Source: Mycobacteriales bacterium (GTDB taxonomy: Bacteria; Actinomycetota; Actinomycetes; Mycobacteriales; JACQDL01). From it: a stretch of 64,000 nt of DNA. Location of the stretch: assembly GCA_035476575.1 (NCBI GenBank), contig DATILL010000074.1:10073-74072 (forward strand). The letters run 5' to 3'. Shown piece after piece: positions 9,129 to 21,122 of this stretch. Each line of letters begins with the position of its first letter. The first letter of the stretch is position 1. The position numbers and the translations under genes were made by a program. Under the pieces are notes generated by a model. The model saw nothing but the letters and a program-made list of their open reading frames with translations, was not told where the DNA came from and ran no database searches.

Positions 9129-10768
9129 CCCATGTGCGGGTAGCGGTGGTCGGTGGGCGGCACGAAGGTCTCCTTGATCGACCGGGGTGAGACCCAGCGC
9201 GACAGGTTCCACACCGAGCCGGCCTTGTCGTTGGTGCCGCTGGCCCGGGCGCCGCCAAACGGCTGCTGCCCGACCACCGCCCCGGTCGGCTTGTCGTTGA
9301 CGTAGAAGTTGCCGGCGGCGAACCGCAGCCGCTCGCTGGCCTGCTCGATCGCGGCCCGGTCGGTCGCGATCACGGCGCCGGTCAGCGCGTACGGCGACGC
9401 CGTGTCGACCAGGTCGAGCACGTCGGCCCAGCCGCCCGCCGGGTTGCCGCGGTCGTCGTAGACGAAGACCGCCAGGATCGGGCCGAAGAACTCGGTGCTG
9501 AAGATCTCGTGGTACGGGTCGTCGCCGAGCAGCACGCTGGGTGCGACGAAGTACCCGACCCGGTCGTCGGCCGTGCCACCGGCCAGGATGTCGACCCGGG
9601 CCTCGGCCCGCACCCGCTCGAACAGCTCACGGTGCCGGCGATGCGCCCGCGCGTCGATCACCGCGCTACCGAAGTTCGACAGGTCGGTGACGTCGCCGTA
9701 GGACAGCGACCGGGTGGTGTCGACCAGCGCCGCGCGCAGCCCGCCGTCCCACAGGGAGCGCGGCAGGTACGCGCGCGAGGCCGCCGAGCACTTCTGCCCC
9801 TGGTACTCGAACGCGCCGCGGACCAGGGCGGTGACCAGCCCGGCCGGCTCGGCGGAGGGATGGGCCAGGATGAAGTCCTTGCCGCCGGTCTCGCCGACCA
9901 GCCGGGGGTAGCCGCGGTACGCCGCGATGTTCGCCCCGACCGTGCGCCAGAGGTGCTGGAAGGTCCGGGTCGAGCCGGTGAAGTGGATGCCGGCCAGGTC
10001 CCGGTCGGCCAGCGCCACCTCGCTGACCGCCTGCCCGTCGCCGGTGACCAGGTTGACCACTCCGGCCGGCAGCCCGGCCGCCTCGAACAGCCGCATCGTG
10101 TAATGCGCGGCCAAGGCCTGGGTCGGCGACGGCTTCCACAGCACCGTGTTGCCCATCAGGGCCGGCGCGACCGGCAGGTTGGCGGCGATCGAGGTGAAGT
10201 TGAACGGCGTGATCGCGACGACGAAGCCCTCCAGCGGGCGGTAGTCCATCCGGTTCCACGTGCCGGCCGCGGAGATCGGCTGTTCGGCCAGGACCTGCCG
10301 GCCGAAGTGCACGTTGAAACGCAGGAAGTCGATCAGCTCGCAGGCGGCGTCGATCTCGGCCTGATAGATGGTCTTGGACTGGCCGAGCATGGTCGCGGCG
10401 TTCACCGTGTCCCGCCACGGTCCGGCCAGCAGCTCAGCCGCCCGCAGCAGGACGGCGGCCCGCTCGTCGTACGGCAGCTCGCGCCAGCCCGGCCCGGCCG
10501 TCTTGGCCGCCTCGACCGCGACCGCGACGTCGTGGGGGGTGGCCTGTGCGGTGGTGCCCAGCGCGGCGGCGTGCCGGTGCGGCTGCACCACCGGGATCCG
10601 GTCCCCACCGGCCATCCGCTGCCGGCCGGCGACCGTCATGGTCAGCTCGACCTGCTCGGCGGCCAGATCCTTCAGCCTGGCCTCCAGGCTGGCCCGGTCC
10701 GGGCTGCCGGGCGGGTAGCCCCGGGCCGGCTCGTTGGCAGGGACGGGCGTGCTCGTGACCGCGTCCAT
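9125..10768 (-). CDS. pruA: L-glutamate gamma-semialdehyde (1-pyrroline-5-carboxylate) dehydrogenase
   Basis: Aldehyde dehydrogenase fold with catalytic FEYQGQKCSAASR and FTGST, and a pruA-type N-terminus. Start ATG 10768 is preceded by GGAGGAGGGGG; the track start 10831 is an over-extension. Confidence 0.85.
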   Translation of the reverse strand: MDAVTSTPVPANEPARGYPPGSPDRASLEARLKDLAAEQVELTMTVAGRQRMAGGDRIPVVQPHRHAAALGTTAQATPHDVAVAVEAAKTAGPGWRELPYDERAAVLLRAAELLAGPWRDTVNAATMLGQSKTIYQAEIDAACELIDFLRFNVHFGRQVLAEQPISAAGTWNRMDYRPLEGFVVAITPFNFTSIAANLPVAPALMGNTVLWKPSPTQALAAHYTMRLFEAAGLPAGVVNLVTGDGQAVSEVALADRDLAGIHFTGSTRTFQHLWRTVGANIAAYRGYPRLVGETGGKDFILAHPSAEPAGLVTALVRGAFEYQGQKCSAASRAYLPRSLWDGGLRAALVDTTRSLSYGDVTDLSNFGSAVIDARAHRRHRELFERVRAEARVDILAGGTADDRVGYFVAPSVLLGDDPYHEIFSTEFFGPILAVFVYDDRGNPAGGWADVLDLVDTASPYALTGAVIATDRAAIEQASERLRFAAGNFYVNDKPTGAVVGQQPFGGARASGTNDKAGSVWNLSRWVSPRSIKETFVPPTDHRYPHMG

Positions 10769-10882
10769 GACCCCCTCCTCCGGGTGATACGACGGACGGG
10801 CCGGCGGTGGCCGGCAGCTCCATCGTCGCACCAGGGACCGACCGGGCCGGCCGTTCCGCCGCCGCCCGTTCCGGCCGCCCGG

Positions 10883-11380
10883 TCAGAGCAGCTCAAGCAG
10901 CGGGCCGACCTCCTGCGAGGCGTACCAGGCCAGCTCGTGCCCTTCGGCCTCGTCCACCACGAACTGCGCGTCGGCGCTGCCTAGGTCCGCCTCGAGCACG
11001 GCGTTCGCGGCGGCCCGTACGGCGTCCTCGGCCGCGGCGGCGTCCACGTGCACCGAGGCGACCAGCCGCATCGGCACCGCCTCCAGCAGCCGCACCGCGG
11101 CCCGGTCCGCGGCCAGCTCCCGCGCGACCGCGGCATCCGGCGCGTCCGCGGCGATCACCACCCGCCGGCGGGCCGCCTTCGGGTCCAGGTCGAGCAGCCG
11201 CAACGACGCCCTGGCCGCCTCGATCAACGCGACGTACTCCAGCTCCTCCACGTCGTCGTCGAGGTACCACTCACGCAAGGCCGGGGTGACGGCATAGGCG
11301 CGCAGCGGTGCCGGGCCAACCTCGCCAGTCTCCAGCAGGGCACGCAGCGTCTCCACGGTGCCCGGCAGGTACACCCTCAT
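10883..11380 (-). CDS. Conserved hypothetical protein (165 aa, acidic, no recognised motif)
   Basis: This is the C-terminal part of track ORF 10883..12220. Strong GC3 bias. ATG 11380 overlaps the patatin stop (ATGA). The upstream part of the long ORF is the shadow frame of the patatin gene. Confidence 0.6.
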   Translation of the reverse strand: MRVYLPGTVETLRALLETGEVGPAPLRAYAVTPALREWYLDDDVEELEYVALIEAARASLRLLDLDPKAARRRVVIAADAPDAAVARELAADRAAVRLLEAVPMRLVASVHVDAAAAEDAVRAAANAVLEADLGSADAQFVVDEAEGHELAWYASQEVGPLLELL

Positions 11381-12336
11381 CGCAGGCCGGTGGCGGTGTT
11401 GTCGCGCCGCAGCGCCGCCGTGCTGGTCCGCAGCGAGGTCTCCAGCACGCGGGCGCGGCGGCGTGGGTTCATCAGGTTGGCGCCGATGGCGGCCAGGTCC
11501 TCCGGCCCCGGCCCGAGCATGATCACCTCGGTGCCGCCGACCCGCAGCTTGGCCGCCTCCCGCTGCATCCGCTTGGTCGTCGCCTGCCGGAACCGCCGCT
11601 CCAGCCGGGCCGTAGCCGAGCGCGGCCGGTCCATCGTGAACGACGCCATCGGGGCCAGCACATACACCTCGTCCAGGCCGAAACCGGCCAGCAGGTCGGC
11701 CGAGGTGGCCGAGCAGATGCCGCCGTCGACGTAGCGCCGCCCGTTGATCACGGTCGGTGCGTACCAGCCCGGGATTGAGCAGGACGCGGTCACCGCCTGG
11801 GCCAGCGACGCGGCCGGCGCGCCGTTGCGGCCGAAGGCCACCCGCCGGCCGCTGTCGTAGTCCATCGCCACGACCCAGGCGCGCGGGCGCTCCGGCCAGG
11901 GCTGCGCGCCCGCCAGGCCGGCCACCACCCTGGTCACCGGCTCGAGGGTGCCGCGGCCCCGCGGCAAAGCCGCGCTCATCGCCGCCAGCGGTGGGAACCG
12001 GCGCGGCTGCCGGGCCACCTGCCAGGCCAGCTTGGGTGAGCCGAACCGCAGCGCCGGGCGGGGTGGCAGCGCGCCGCCGGAGTCGGCGTTGTAGTCGAAG
12101 GCGATGGGCGGGTCGTCCGGCGCCGGCCGCTCGCCGCGCTGGTGCCGCAGCATCTGCTCTACCGAGATGCCGCAGCCGAGCATCGCCGCCGACACCGAGC
12201 CGGCCGAGGTGCCGACGCACACCTCCATCTCGCGCACGTCGAAGCCCTCGATCTGCTCCAGGGCGGCCAGCGCGCCGACCATCCAGGAGAACCCGAGCAC
12301 CCCACCGGCTCCGAGCACCAGCCCTCTGCGTGTCAT
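11377..12336 (-). CDS. Patatin-like phospholipase family protein
   Basis: Has the oxyanion GAGGVLG, the nucleophile elbow GTSAGS (GxSxG) and the YVDGGI Asp-dyad motif. Confidence 0.85.
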   Translation of the reverse strand: MTRRGLVLGAGGVLGFSWMVGALAALEQIEGFDVREMEVCVGTSAGSVSAAMLGCGISVEQMLRHQRGERPAPDDPPIAFDYNADSGGALPPRPALRFGSPKLAWQVARQPRRFPPLAAMSAALPRGRGTLEPVTRVVAGLAGAQPWPERPRAWVVAMDYDSGRRVAFGRNGAPAASLAQAVTASCSIPGWYAPTVINGRRYVDGGICSATSADLLAGFGLDEVYVLAPMASFTMDRPRSATARLERRFRQATTKRMQREAAKLRVGGTEVIMLGPGPEDLAAIGANLMNPRRRARVLETSLRTSTAALRRDNTATGLR

Positions 12337-12352
12337 CAGCCCAGCTCCGTGC

Positions 12353-13741
12353 TCAATGGACGGTCTCCACCAGCTCGGCCAGCGACTCCTGGATCAGGCT
12401 GGCGAGCACGTCAGCGTCGCTCATCGCGTCCCGGTCGGCGGTCAGCCCGTAGTACACCCCGCCGTTGTATGACGTCACGCCGATCGCAACCGCCATATTC
12501 TTGGCCAGCGGTACAACCGGATAAACCTCAAGCAGCTCGGCGCCGTTGGCGTAGAGCGGGAACTGCGGGCCGGGCACGTTGGTGATCACGACGTTGAACA
12601 CCCGGCGCGAAGCCCGGTTGGCCACCCGAGCGCCGAGCGAGTGCAGCGTCGGCGGCGCGAACCCGCCGAGCGCTACCAGCGCCTGCGCGCCGACCGACTG
12701 GCCGGAGTCCTTGAGCCCCTTCATCGAGTAGCTGATCCGGGCCAGCCTGATGGTCGGGCTCGGCTCGCCGACCGGCAGGTCAACCAGGTACGACGCCACC
12801 TGGTTCCCCAGGGCGCTCCGGTCGTCCTCCGGCCGCACGCTGACCGGCACCATGGCCCGGACCGTGGTCTGCTCGACCACCGGCTCCCCGCGGGACATCA
12901 GCCAGGCCCGCAGCGCGCCGGAGCAGACTGCCAGCACGACGTCGTTCACCGTACCGCTGTGCGCCTTGCGTACCCGCTTGTAGTCGTCCAGCGAGGTCTG
13001 TGCGGTGGCGAACCGGCGCTGCTCGCCGATCGGCACGTTCAGCGGGCTGGACGGCGCCGGGCGAGCCATCACCCGGGCCGTCGAGGCCAGCCCGCTGAAC
13101 ACGCTGAGCACCCGTCCGGCCACGTGCCGTACGTCCCGCACCCCGCGCCGGACCAGGTCGACCGCCTCGGTCGGCCGGCTGACGATGTCCCGCACCGCGT
13201 CACCGACCAGCTCCAGCGAGCTCGGCTCGCGGTGCGGCACCCACAGCTCCTCTGGGGTCTCCCGCGGTGCCGGCGTCAGGTCGAACAGCACCTGGGCCAG
13301 GTCGACCGAGGCGATGCCGTCCACCATCGCATGATGGGTCTTGGTGATGATCCCGACCCGGCCGCCAGCCAGGCCCTCCACCAGGTAGACCTCCCAGAGC
13401 GGCCGGGCGCGGTCCAGCGGGCGGGAGATCAGCCGGGCGGCCAGCTCGCGGAGCTGCTGGTCCGAGCCGGGCTTCGGCAGCGCGCTGCGGCGTACGTGGT
13501 AGGCCAGGTCGAAGTCCGGATCATCCACCCAGACCGGGTTGGCCAGCCGGCCGGGGACCCAGCGGACCTTCTGCCGGAACCGCGGCACCTGGCCCAGCCG
13601 GCGTTCGATCAACGCCACCAGCCCGTCGTAGTCAAAACCCTGCTCGGGCGGCCCGAAGACCAACACCCCGCCCACGTGCATGGGCGTCGTCGGCTCCTCC
13701 AGGTAGAGAAACGACACGTCGAGTGCGCTCAGCCGGTCCAT
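12353..13741 (-). CDS. Wax ester synthase/diacylglycerol acyltransferase (WS/DGAT)
   Basis: Has the HHAMVDG active-site motif and the typical N-terminus MDRLSALDVSFLYLE. Start set to ATG 13741. Confidence 0.85.
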   Translation of the reverse strand: MDRLSALDVSFLYLEEPTTPMHVGGVLVFGPPEQGFDYDGLVALIERRLGQVPRFRQKVRWVPGRLANPVWVDDPDFDLAYHVRRSALPKPGSDQQLRELAARLISRPLDRARPLWEVYLVEGLAGGRVGIITKTHHAMVDGIASVDLAQVLFDLTPAPRETPEELWVPHREPSSLELVGDAVRDIVSRPTEAVDLVRRGVRDVRHVAGRVLSVFSGLASTARVMARPAPSSPLNVPIGEQRRFATAQTSLDDYKRVRKAHSGTVNDVVLAVCSGALRAWLMSRGEPVVEQTTVRAMVPVSVRPEDDRSALGNQVASYLVDLPVGEPSPTIRLARISYSMKGLKDSGQSVGAQALVALGGFAPPTLHSLGARVANRASRRVFNVVITNVPGPQFPLYANGAELLEVYPVVPLAKNMAVAIGVTSYNGGVYYGLTADRDAMSDADVLASLIQESLAELVETVH

Positions 13742-13815
13742 CCCGCAATGATCCCACGGTCTCCTCGCGGCGCGGCCGAGTCGGACAGGCTGCAACCTCA
13801 TGCCACGATGGCGTG

Positions 13816-15210
13816 ATGACCGCCGGTATCCCCTCGCCGCCGGACCTCGACGCACGGTACGTCCCGTTCCCGGCATTCGTCGAGTGGCGCGACCTGCGCG
13901 TCAACGTGGCGCTGGTCGACGCGGCGTACGCCGCGTTTGAGGCGGCGAAGGCCGAGGTGACTCCCGAGCGGCTCGGCGCGGTGCTGCGGTGGGCGACCCG
14001 CGCGGCGGCGTACGACACCGGGGCGATCGAGGGGCTCTACCCGACCGACCGGGGCGTGACCTTCACCGTCGCGGCGGCGACCGCGGCATGGGAGGCGGTC
14101 GTCGAGCGGGAGGCCGGCGCCGGGGCGCGGCAGCACTTCGAGGACCAGCTTGCCGCGTACGACCTGGTCCTGGACGCCGCGACCCCGTCGACGCCGATCA
14201 CCAGGCGTGGATCCGGGCGCTGCACGAGCGGACCACGGCGAGCCAGCCGACGTACCGGGTGCTGACCGCCGTCGGCTGGCAGGACCATCCGCTGCCGGGC
14301 GGGAAGTACAAGACTCGAGTCTAACCACGGGCGGACCGCGGGTGGCGAGTGGCACTCGTACGCTCCGGTGGGAGACACCGGGCGGGAGATGGCCCGGCTG
14401 GTGGACGAGCTGGCCAGCCCAGAGCTCGCGGCGGCGCATCCGGTGCTGCAGGCCGCGTACGCGCACTAATGCCTTCGTGGTGGTGCACCCGTTCGCCGAC
14501 GGGAACGGGCGGGTGGCCCGGGAGCTGGCCTCGGTCTACCTCTACCGGGCATACTCGGTGCCGCTGCTGGTGCTGGTGGAGAGCAAGGAGATCTACCTGC
14601 GCACGCTGGAGCTCGCCGACGAGGGCAGGCCCCAGGCGTTCGTCGGCTTCATCCAGGAACAGGTGCTCGACGAGCTCGAGCTCGCCGCCGACGAGCTCCG
14701 CCGGCCGCGCACCTCCGAAACCCGCGCGAAGGTCGACGAGCTCGCCGCTCTTCTGTCCACGCTCGGCGGCCTCACGCACGCCGACGTTGACGCGGCGACC
14801 GCCAGGTTGCTGCGGACGGCCGCCACGATCACCGAACAGTGCCGACCGCGGCAGCGCTTCCATCGGCGGTTGACCGTGATGTCAGGGTTTGGGGTGCGGA
14901 TGGCGCGGTGGTCTTTGAGGACCCGCCGCATTTGCCGGTCATCCTCCGGTCCACTTGGCCCACAGTCACAGAGGTCCGCCGCGACCTGCTTGTCAGGGTG
15001 GGCGGTCCGGACGACAGTCGGCCATTCCTGCTGTATGTGGCCGACAACCTGGACACTGGACTTGGGCTGCGGTTGACACACGTGGTTCCTGAAGTCACGC
15101 CGCATGCGAGGCGCCGCATCGAGCGGTGGCTGGAGCCGATTGTTGACGGGCTGATCGCGGATCTCACCATGCAGATAAAGAATGCGATGCCGACGCCGGG
15201 TCAGGGCTGA
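13816..15210 (+). pseudogene. Fic/DOC family protein gene broken by about four frameshifts
   Basis: Fic-like sequence continues across frames in four steps. Frame 1 covers 13816-~14195 and frame 0 covers ~14195-14321 (QAWIRALHE...YRVLTAVGWQDHPLPGGKYKT, then TAA). Frame 1 resumes at 14323-14468 (NHGRTAGGEWHSYAPV...HPVLQAAYAH, then TAA). Frame 2 follows from ~14469 (FVVVHPFADGNGRVARELASVYL, the Fic motif HPFxxGNGR). Frame 1 resumes again at ~14840-15210. Confidence 0.7.
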
Positions 15211-15218
15211 GTACCGCG

Positions 15219-15857
15219 TCAGCCGCGGAGGGAGAGGTTGAAAAGGGCTTCGAGCTCGGTGGCGGTGGTCTCGGTGTCGATGTGGTGTATGCCGACCATG
15301 CCAACGGCGACCGCGCCGCGGACGTTTGGCGGGAGGTCGTCGACGAACACGCATTGCCGCGGGTCGACGCCGAGCCGGGCCGCGGTGAGCCGGTAGATCT
15401 CCGGCTCGGGCTTGCGCAGCCCGACCTCGCCGGAGATCACCGCGGCGTCGAACTCAGCGAGCAGGTCGGGGTCGTACTCGTTGCCCCAGGAGTTGGACAG
15501 CAGCGCGGTCCTCAGGCCGGCCCGCCGGGCTCGGCGTACCACTCCCATCATGTCCTCCTCGGCCCGGAACCCGGCGAACATCCGGCGCAGCAGGCCCTCG
15601 GCGTCCGGGATTGAGCCGTCCTCGCGGGACAGCAGCGCGGCGAACCGGCGCTCGAACTCGGCCGGGCTGATCTCTCCCCGCTCCAGGTCGTGCACGATGT
15701 TGCGCTCCGCGCCGTCGGCGAGCCATTCACGGATGACCGTCGTGTACCGGTCCGGGTTGATCCGGTCCGCGCTCGCCCAAGCGCTGATCGTCTCGTGCAG
15801 GGAGTTGGTGAGGACGCCGCCGTAGTCGACGATCAGCGCAGCCAGCATGGAGGTCAT
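15219..15857 (-). CDS. HAD-family hydrolase
   Basis: Has motif I IVDYGGVLT (DxG variant), LLSNS and a C-terminal VFVDD. ATG 15857 is preceded by AAAGGAG; the upstream 118 codons of the track ORF are an over-extension. Confidence 0.8.
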   Translation of the reverse strand: MTSMLAALIVDYGGVLTNSLHETISAWASADRINPDRYTTVIREWLADGAERNIVHDLERGEISPAEFERRFAALLSREDGSIPDAEGLLRRMFAGFRAEEDMMGVVRRARRAGLRTALLSNSWGNEYDPDLLAEFDAAVISGEVGLRKPEPEIYRLTAARLGVDPRQCVFVDDLPPNVRGAVAVGMVGIHHIDTETTATELEALFNLSLRG

Positions 15858-15973
15858 GGGCTCCTTTCTAGCTGGTGACGTGCCGCGACCGTCCGGGCAC
15901 CGGCCCGGAACCGGGTGGCGGGGCGGGGCGTCGTACGCCCAATCGCTGTCGACTACCTCGGAGTGCGCCAGCC

Positions 15974-16510
15974 ATGACCGCCCACGCACGCGCCCACGCC
16001 CACCCCCCGCCGCAGCGTCCGCGGCTGCGCCCGGTCCCGACCACCGAGCCGCCGTACGACGACGACCTGCCGGCGCCCCACCTGGTCCTGGTGCCGGCAC
16101 TGACCGAGCCACTGCCGTTCGAGCAGCCGGCGCCGCGGCGGTTCGACGAGCCGGTCGACTTCTTCGACGCCCAGCCCACGCCCCGCGGCGAGCTGCCCGA
16201 CCCGCAGGCATGGCTGACCCGGCTGCTGCGGGTGGTGCTGGAGTGCCTGGAGGGCTGGCGGGCGCCGGCCCAGCTCCGGGCGTACGCGACCGCCGAGGTG
16301 GTCGCCGAGGTGGCGGCCCGGCGCAAGCGCACAGCCCGGCCGGGATCCGCCCCCCGGGTGCGGTCGCTGCACGTCACCGAGCCGGCGGACGGCGTGGTCG
16401 AGGCGTGTGCGGTAGTGCAGCGCGGCGCCGATCAGTCCAGGGCGATCGCGCTCCGGCTGGAGGGTCTGGACGGGCGCTGGCGCTGCGTCGCCCTCGACCT
16501 GGTCGAGTAG
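15974..16510 (+). CDS. Rv3235-family protein (conserved actinobacterial protein next to secA)
   Basis: Pro-rich N-terminus followed by WLTRLLRVVLECLEGWRAPAQLR...VVEACAVV...ALRLEG.DGRWRC.AL, typical of the family. Positioned convergent with secA as in mycobacteria. Confidence 0.7.
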   Translation: MTAHARAHAHPPPQRPRLRPVPTTEPPYDDDLPAPHLVLVPALTEPLPFEQPAPRRFDEPVDFFDAQPTPRGELPDPQAWLTRLLRVVLECLEGWRAPAQLRAYATAEVVAEVAARRKRTARPGSAPRVRSLHVTEPADGVVEACAVVQRGADQSRAIALRLEGLDGRWRCVALDLVE

Positions 16511-16537
16511 CCCGCCCAGGCGGCGGCGCGCCGCGCC

Positions 16538-16652
16538 GCCCGTGTGGTCACCTTTCGTTGCCCACAGACCCCAAGAGGTCACCACAACGCCGGTAGGTGA
16601 CCACACGGGGCACGAGCCGAACGACAGGTCACCACAACGCCGAGAGGTGACC

Positions 16653-16655
<3 letters not shown>
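16538..16655. repeat. GGTNACC-box intergenic repeat locus A (5 boxes, mixed orientation)
   Basis: Box starts are at 16546, 16577, 16596, 16627 and 16646 (spacing 31/19/31/19). There is a 14-bp perfect inverted repeat, CCCGTGTGGTCACC (16539-16552) with GGTGACCACACGGG (16596-16609). The last box directly follows the secA stop codon. Confidence 0.9.
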
Positions 16656-19493
<2,838 letters not shown>

Positions 19494-19628
19494 GGCGTAC
19501 GTTCAGCTCCTCGGGATGTGCGGCTGCCGCCATCGTATGCGCGGCGCGCACGGGCGTGGCAACGCCCGCGGCACCGTCCGGACGCCGCGGCCCCCGGACG
19601 GGGGCGGTAAGGCTGGCAGGATGGCGGC

Positions 19629-20189
19629 ATGGAGCCCGCCGATATCACCGCTGGCCGGTTGCACCTGCGCCCGTTCCGGGCCGCCGACGCCGACGTCGTG
19701 CTGCGGGCCTGCCAGGATCCGGACATCCAGCGCTGGACCTCCGTCCCGTCGCCCTACCTGGCCAGGCACGCACGGTCCTGGGTGACCAGCGTGGCGCCGG
19801 CCGGCTGGTCCTCCGGCCGGGCCGCGACCTTCGCGGTGCTCGACTCGACCTGTGGCGACCTGCTCGCCTCGGTCGGGCTGGACCGGATCAGCCCGACCGA
19901 GCGGTCCGCCGAGCTGGGCTACTGGTGCGCGCCGTGGGCGCGCGGGCAGGGCGTGATGACCCAGGCCGCAGCCGCGGCATGCCGGTGGGGGTTCGGCGCG
20001 CCCGATGCCGGCGGGCTCGGTCTCGGCCTGATCGAGTGGCGAGCCGAGGTCGGCAACGACGCCTCGCGCCGGGTCGCGGAGAAGGTCGGGTTCCGGATCG
20101 AGGGGACGCTGCGGCTGCGGGCGGTGCACCAGGGACGGCGGGTGGACTGCTGGGTCGGCTCGTTGCTCCTGGAGGAGATCCTCGGGTGA
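19629..20189 (+). CDS. GNAT-family N-acetyltransferase (RimJ/RimL-like)
   Basis: 186 aa with the N-terminus LHLRPFRAADADVV and a GYWCAPWARGQG acetyl-CoA-binding-type segment. Confidence 0.75.
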   Translation: MEPADITAGRLHLRPFRAADADVVLRACQDPDIQRWTSVPSPYLARHARSWVTSVAPAGWSSGRAATFAVLDSTCGDLLASVGLDRISPTERSAELGYWCAPWARGQGVMTQAAAAACRWGFGAPDAGGLGLGLIEWRAEVGNDASRRVAEKVGFRIEGTLRLRAVHQGRRVDCWVGSLLLEEILG

Positions 20190-20286
20190 ACGCGTCGCGG
20201 GCCCGGCCGGGCGCCCCGGATGAGAGGCCCAGGGGCTAGAGGCACAGGGTTGGGTGCCCCAGGGTCGGGGCAGGTGAGCCGCGGGC

Positions 20287-20961
20287 TCAGGTGATCTCCA
20301 GCAGCTTCTCGCGTACGGCGTAGACCACCGCCTCCATCCGGGAGTGGAGCTGCAGCTTCTCCAGGATGTTGCGGATGTGGTTCTTCACCGTGTTCTCGCT
20401 GATGAACAGCTCCCTGGCGATCTCGCGGTTGTTCAGGCCGCGGGCGACCGCGCGCAGCACCTCCATCTCGCGGGCGGTCAGCTTGGGTGGCGGCACGGAC
20501 GGCGAGGCCTCACGGCGGCTCATGGTGGCGAACTCGGTGAGCAGCTTGGAGGCCAGCGACGGGTTGATCAGCGACTGGCCGCCGTAGACCGAGCGGATCG
20601 CGCCGGCCAGGTCGTCCGGCGGCATCTCCTTGAGCAGGTAGCCCGAGGCGCCCGCCTTGATCGCCTCGTACAGGTCCGCCTCGTCGTCGCTGACCGTGAG
20701 CATCACGATCCGCGCGCTCGGGACGAGCTGCTTGATCGCCGAACATGCCTCGATCCCGCTACGGCGCGGCATCCGGACGTCCATCAGCACGATGTCGGGC
20801 AGCAGCTCGGCGGCCTTGGCCAGCGCCTCGGTGCCGTCGGCGGCCTCGCCGAGCACCGTGATGTCCGGCTCAAGCTGCAGCGTCGCCTCCAGACCGCGCC
20901 GGAACAGCGCGTGGTCGTCGACGATGAGCACCCGGATCGAGTCCTCCGGCCGGTCCGGCAC
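20287..20961 (-). CDS. NarL/LuxR-family response regulator (no adjacent kinase)
   Basis: Receiver domain IRVLIVDDH...IVLMDVRMP plus a C-terminal LuxR HTH LTAREMEVLRAVARGLNNREIARELFISENTVKNH. Start GTG 20961 is preceded by AAGGAGG. Confidence 0.85.
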   Translation of the reverse strand: MPDRPEDSIRVLIVDDHALFRRGLEATLQLEPDITVLGEAADGTEALAKAAELLPDIVLMDVRMPRRSGIEACSAIKQLVPSARIVMLTVSDDEADLYEAIKAGASGYLLKEMPPDDLAGAIRSVYGGQSLINPSLASKLLTEFATMSRREASPSVPPPKLTAREMEVLRAVARGLNNREIARELFISENTVKNHIRNILEKLQLHSRMEAVVYAVREKLLEIT

Positions 20962-21122
20962 TGCACACCTCCTTGGCTGGACCACCCCCCCGGGGTGGTC
21001 CAGGAGGTAAGCCTGCCACGTCCGGCACCGCGGTGGAGATGCGATGGACGGGTACAGGTGGATGAGTGCGGGGGTGGGCGGATCTCGACCACACCCCACA
21101 CCCGACGCCCGGGTACGGACGC

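Noticed and set aside
13816-15857. Fic gene plus neighbouring gene as a Fic/antitoxin or other toxin-antitoxin or defence module.
   Set aside because: The Fic gene is disrupted. The adjacent gene is a convergent HAD hydrolase. No small antitoxin-like ORF with coding signal was found.
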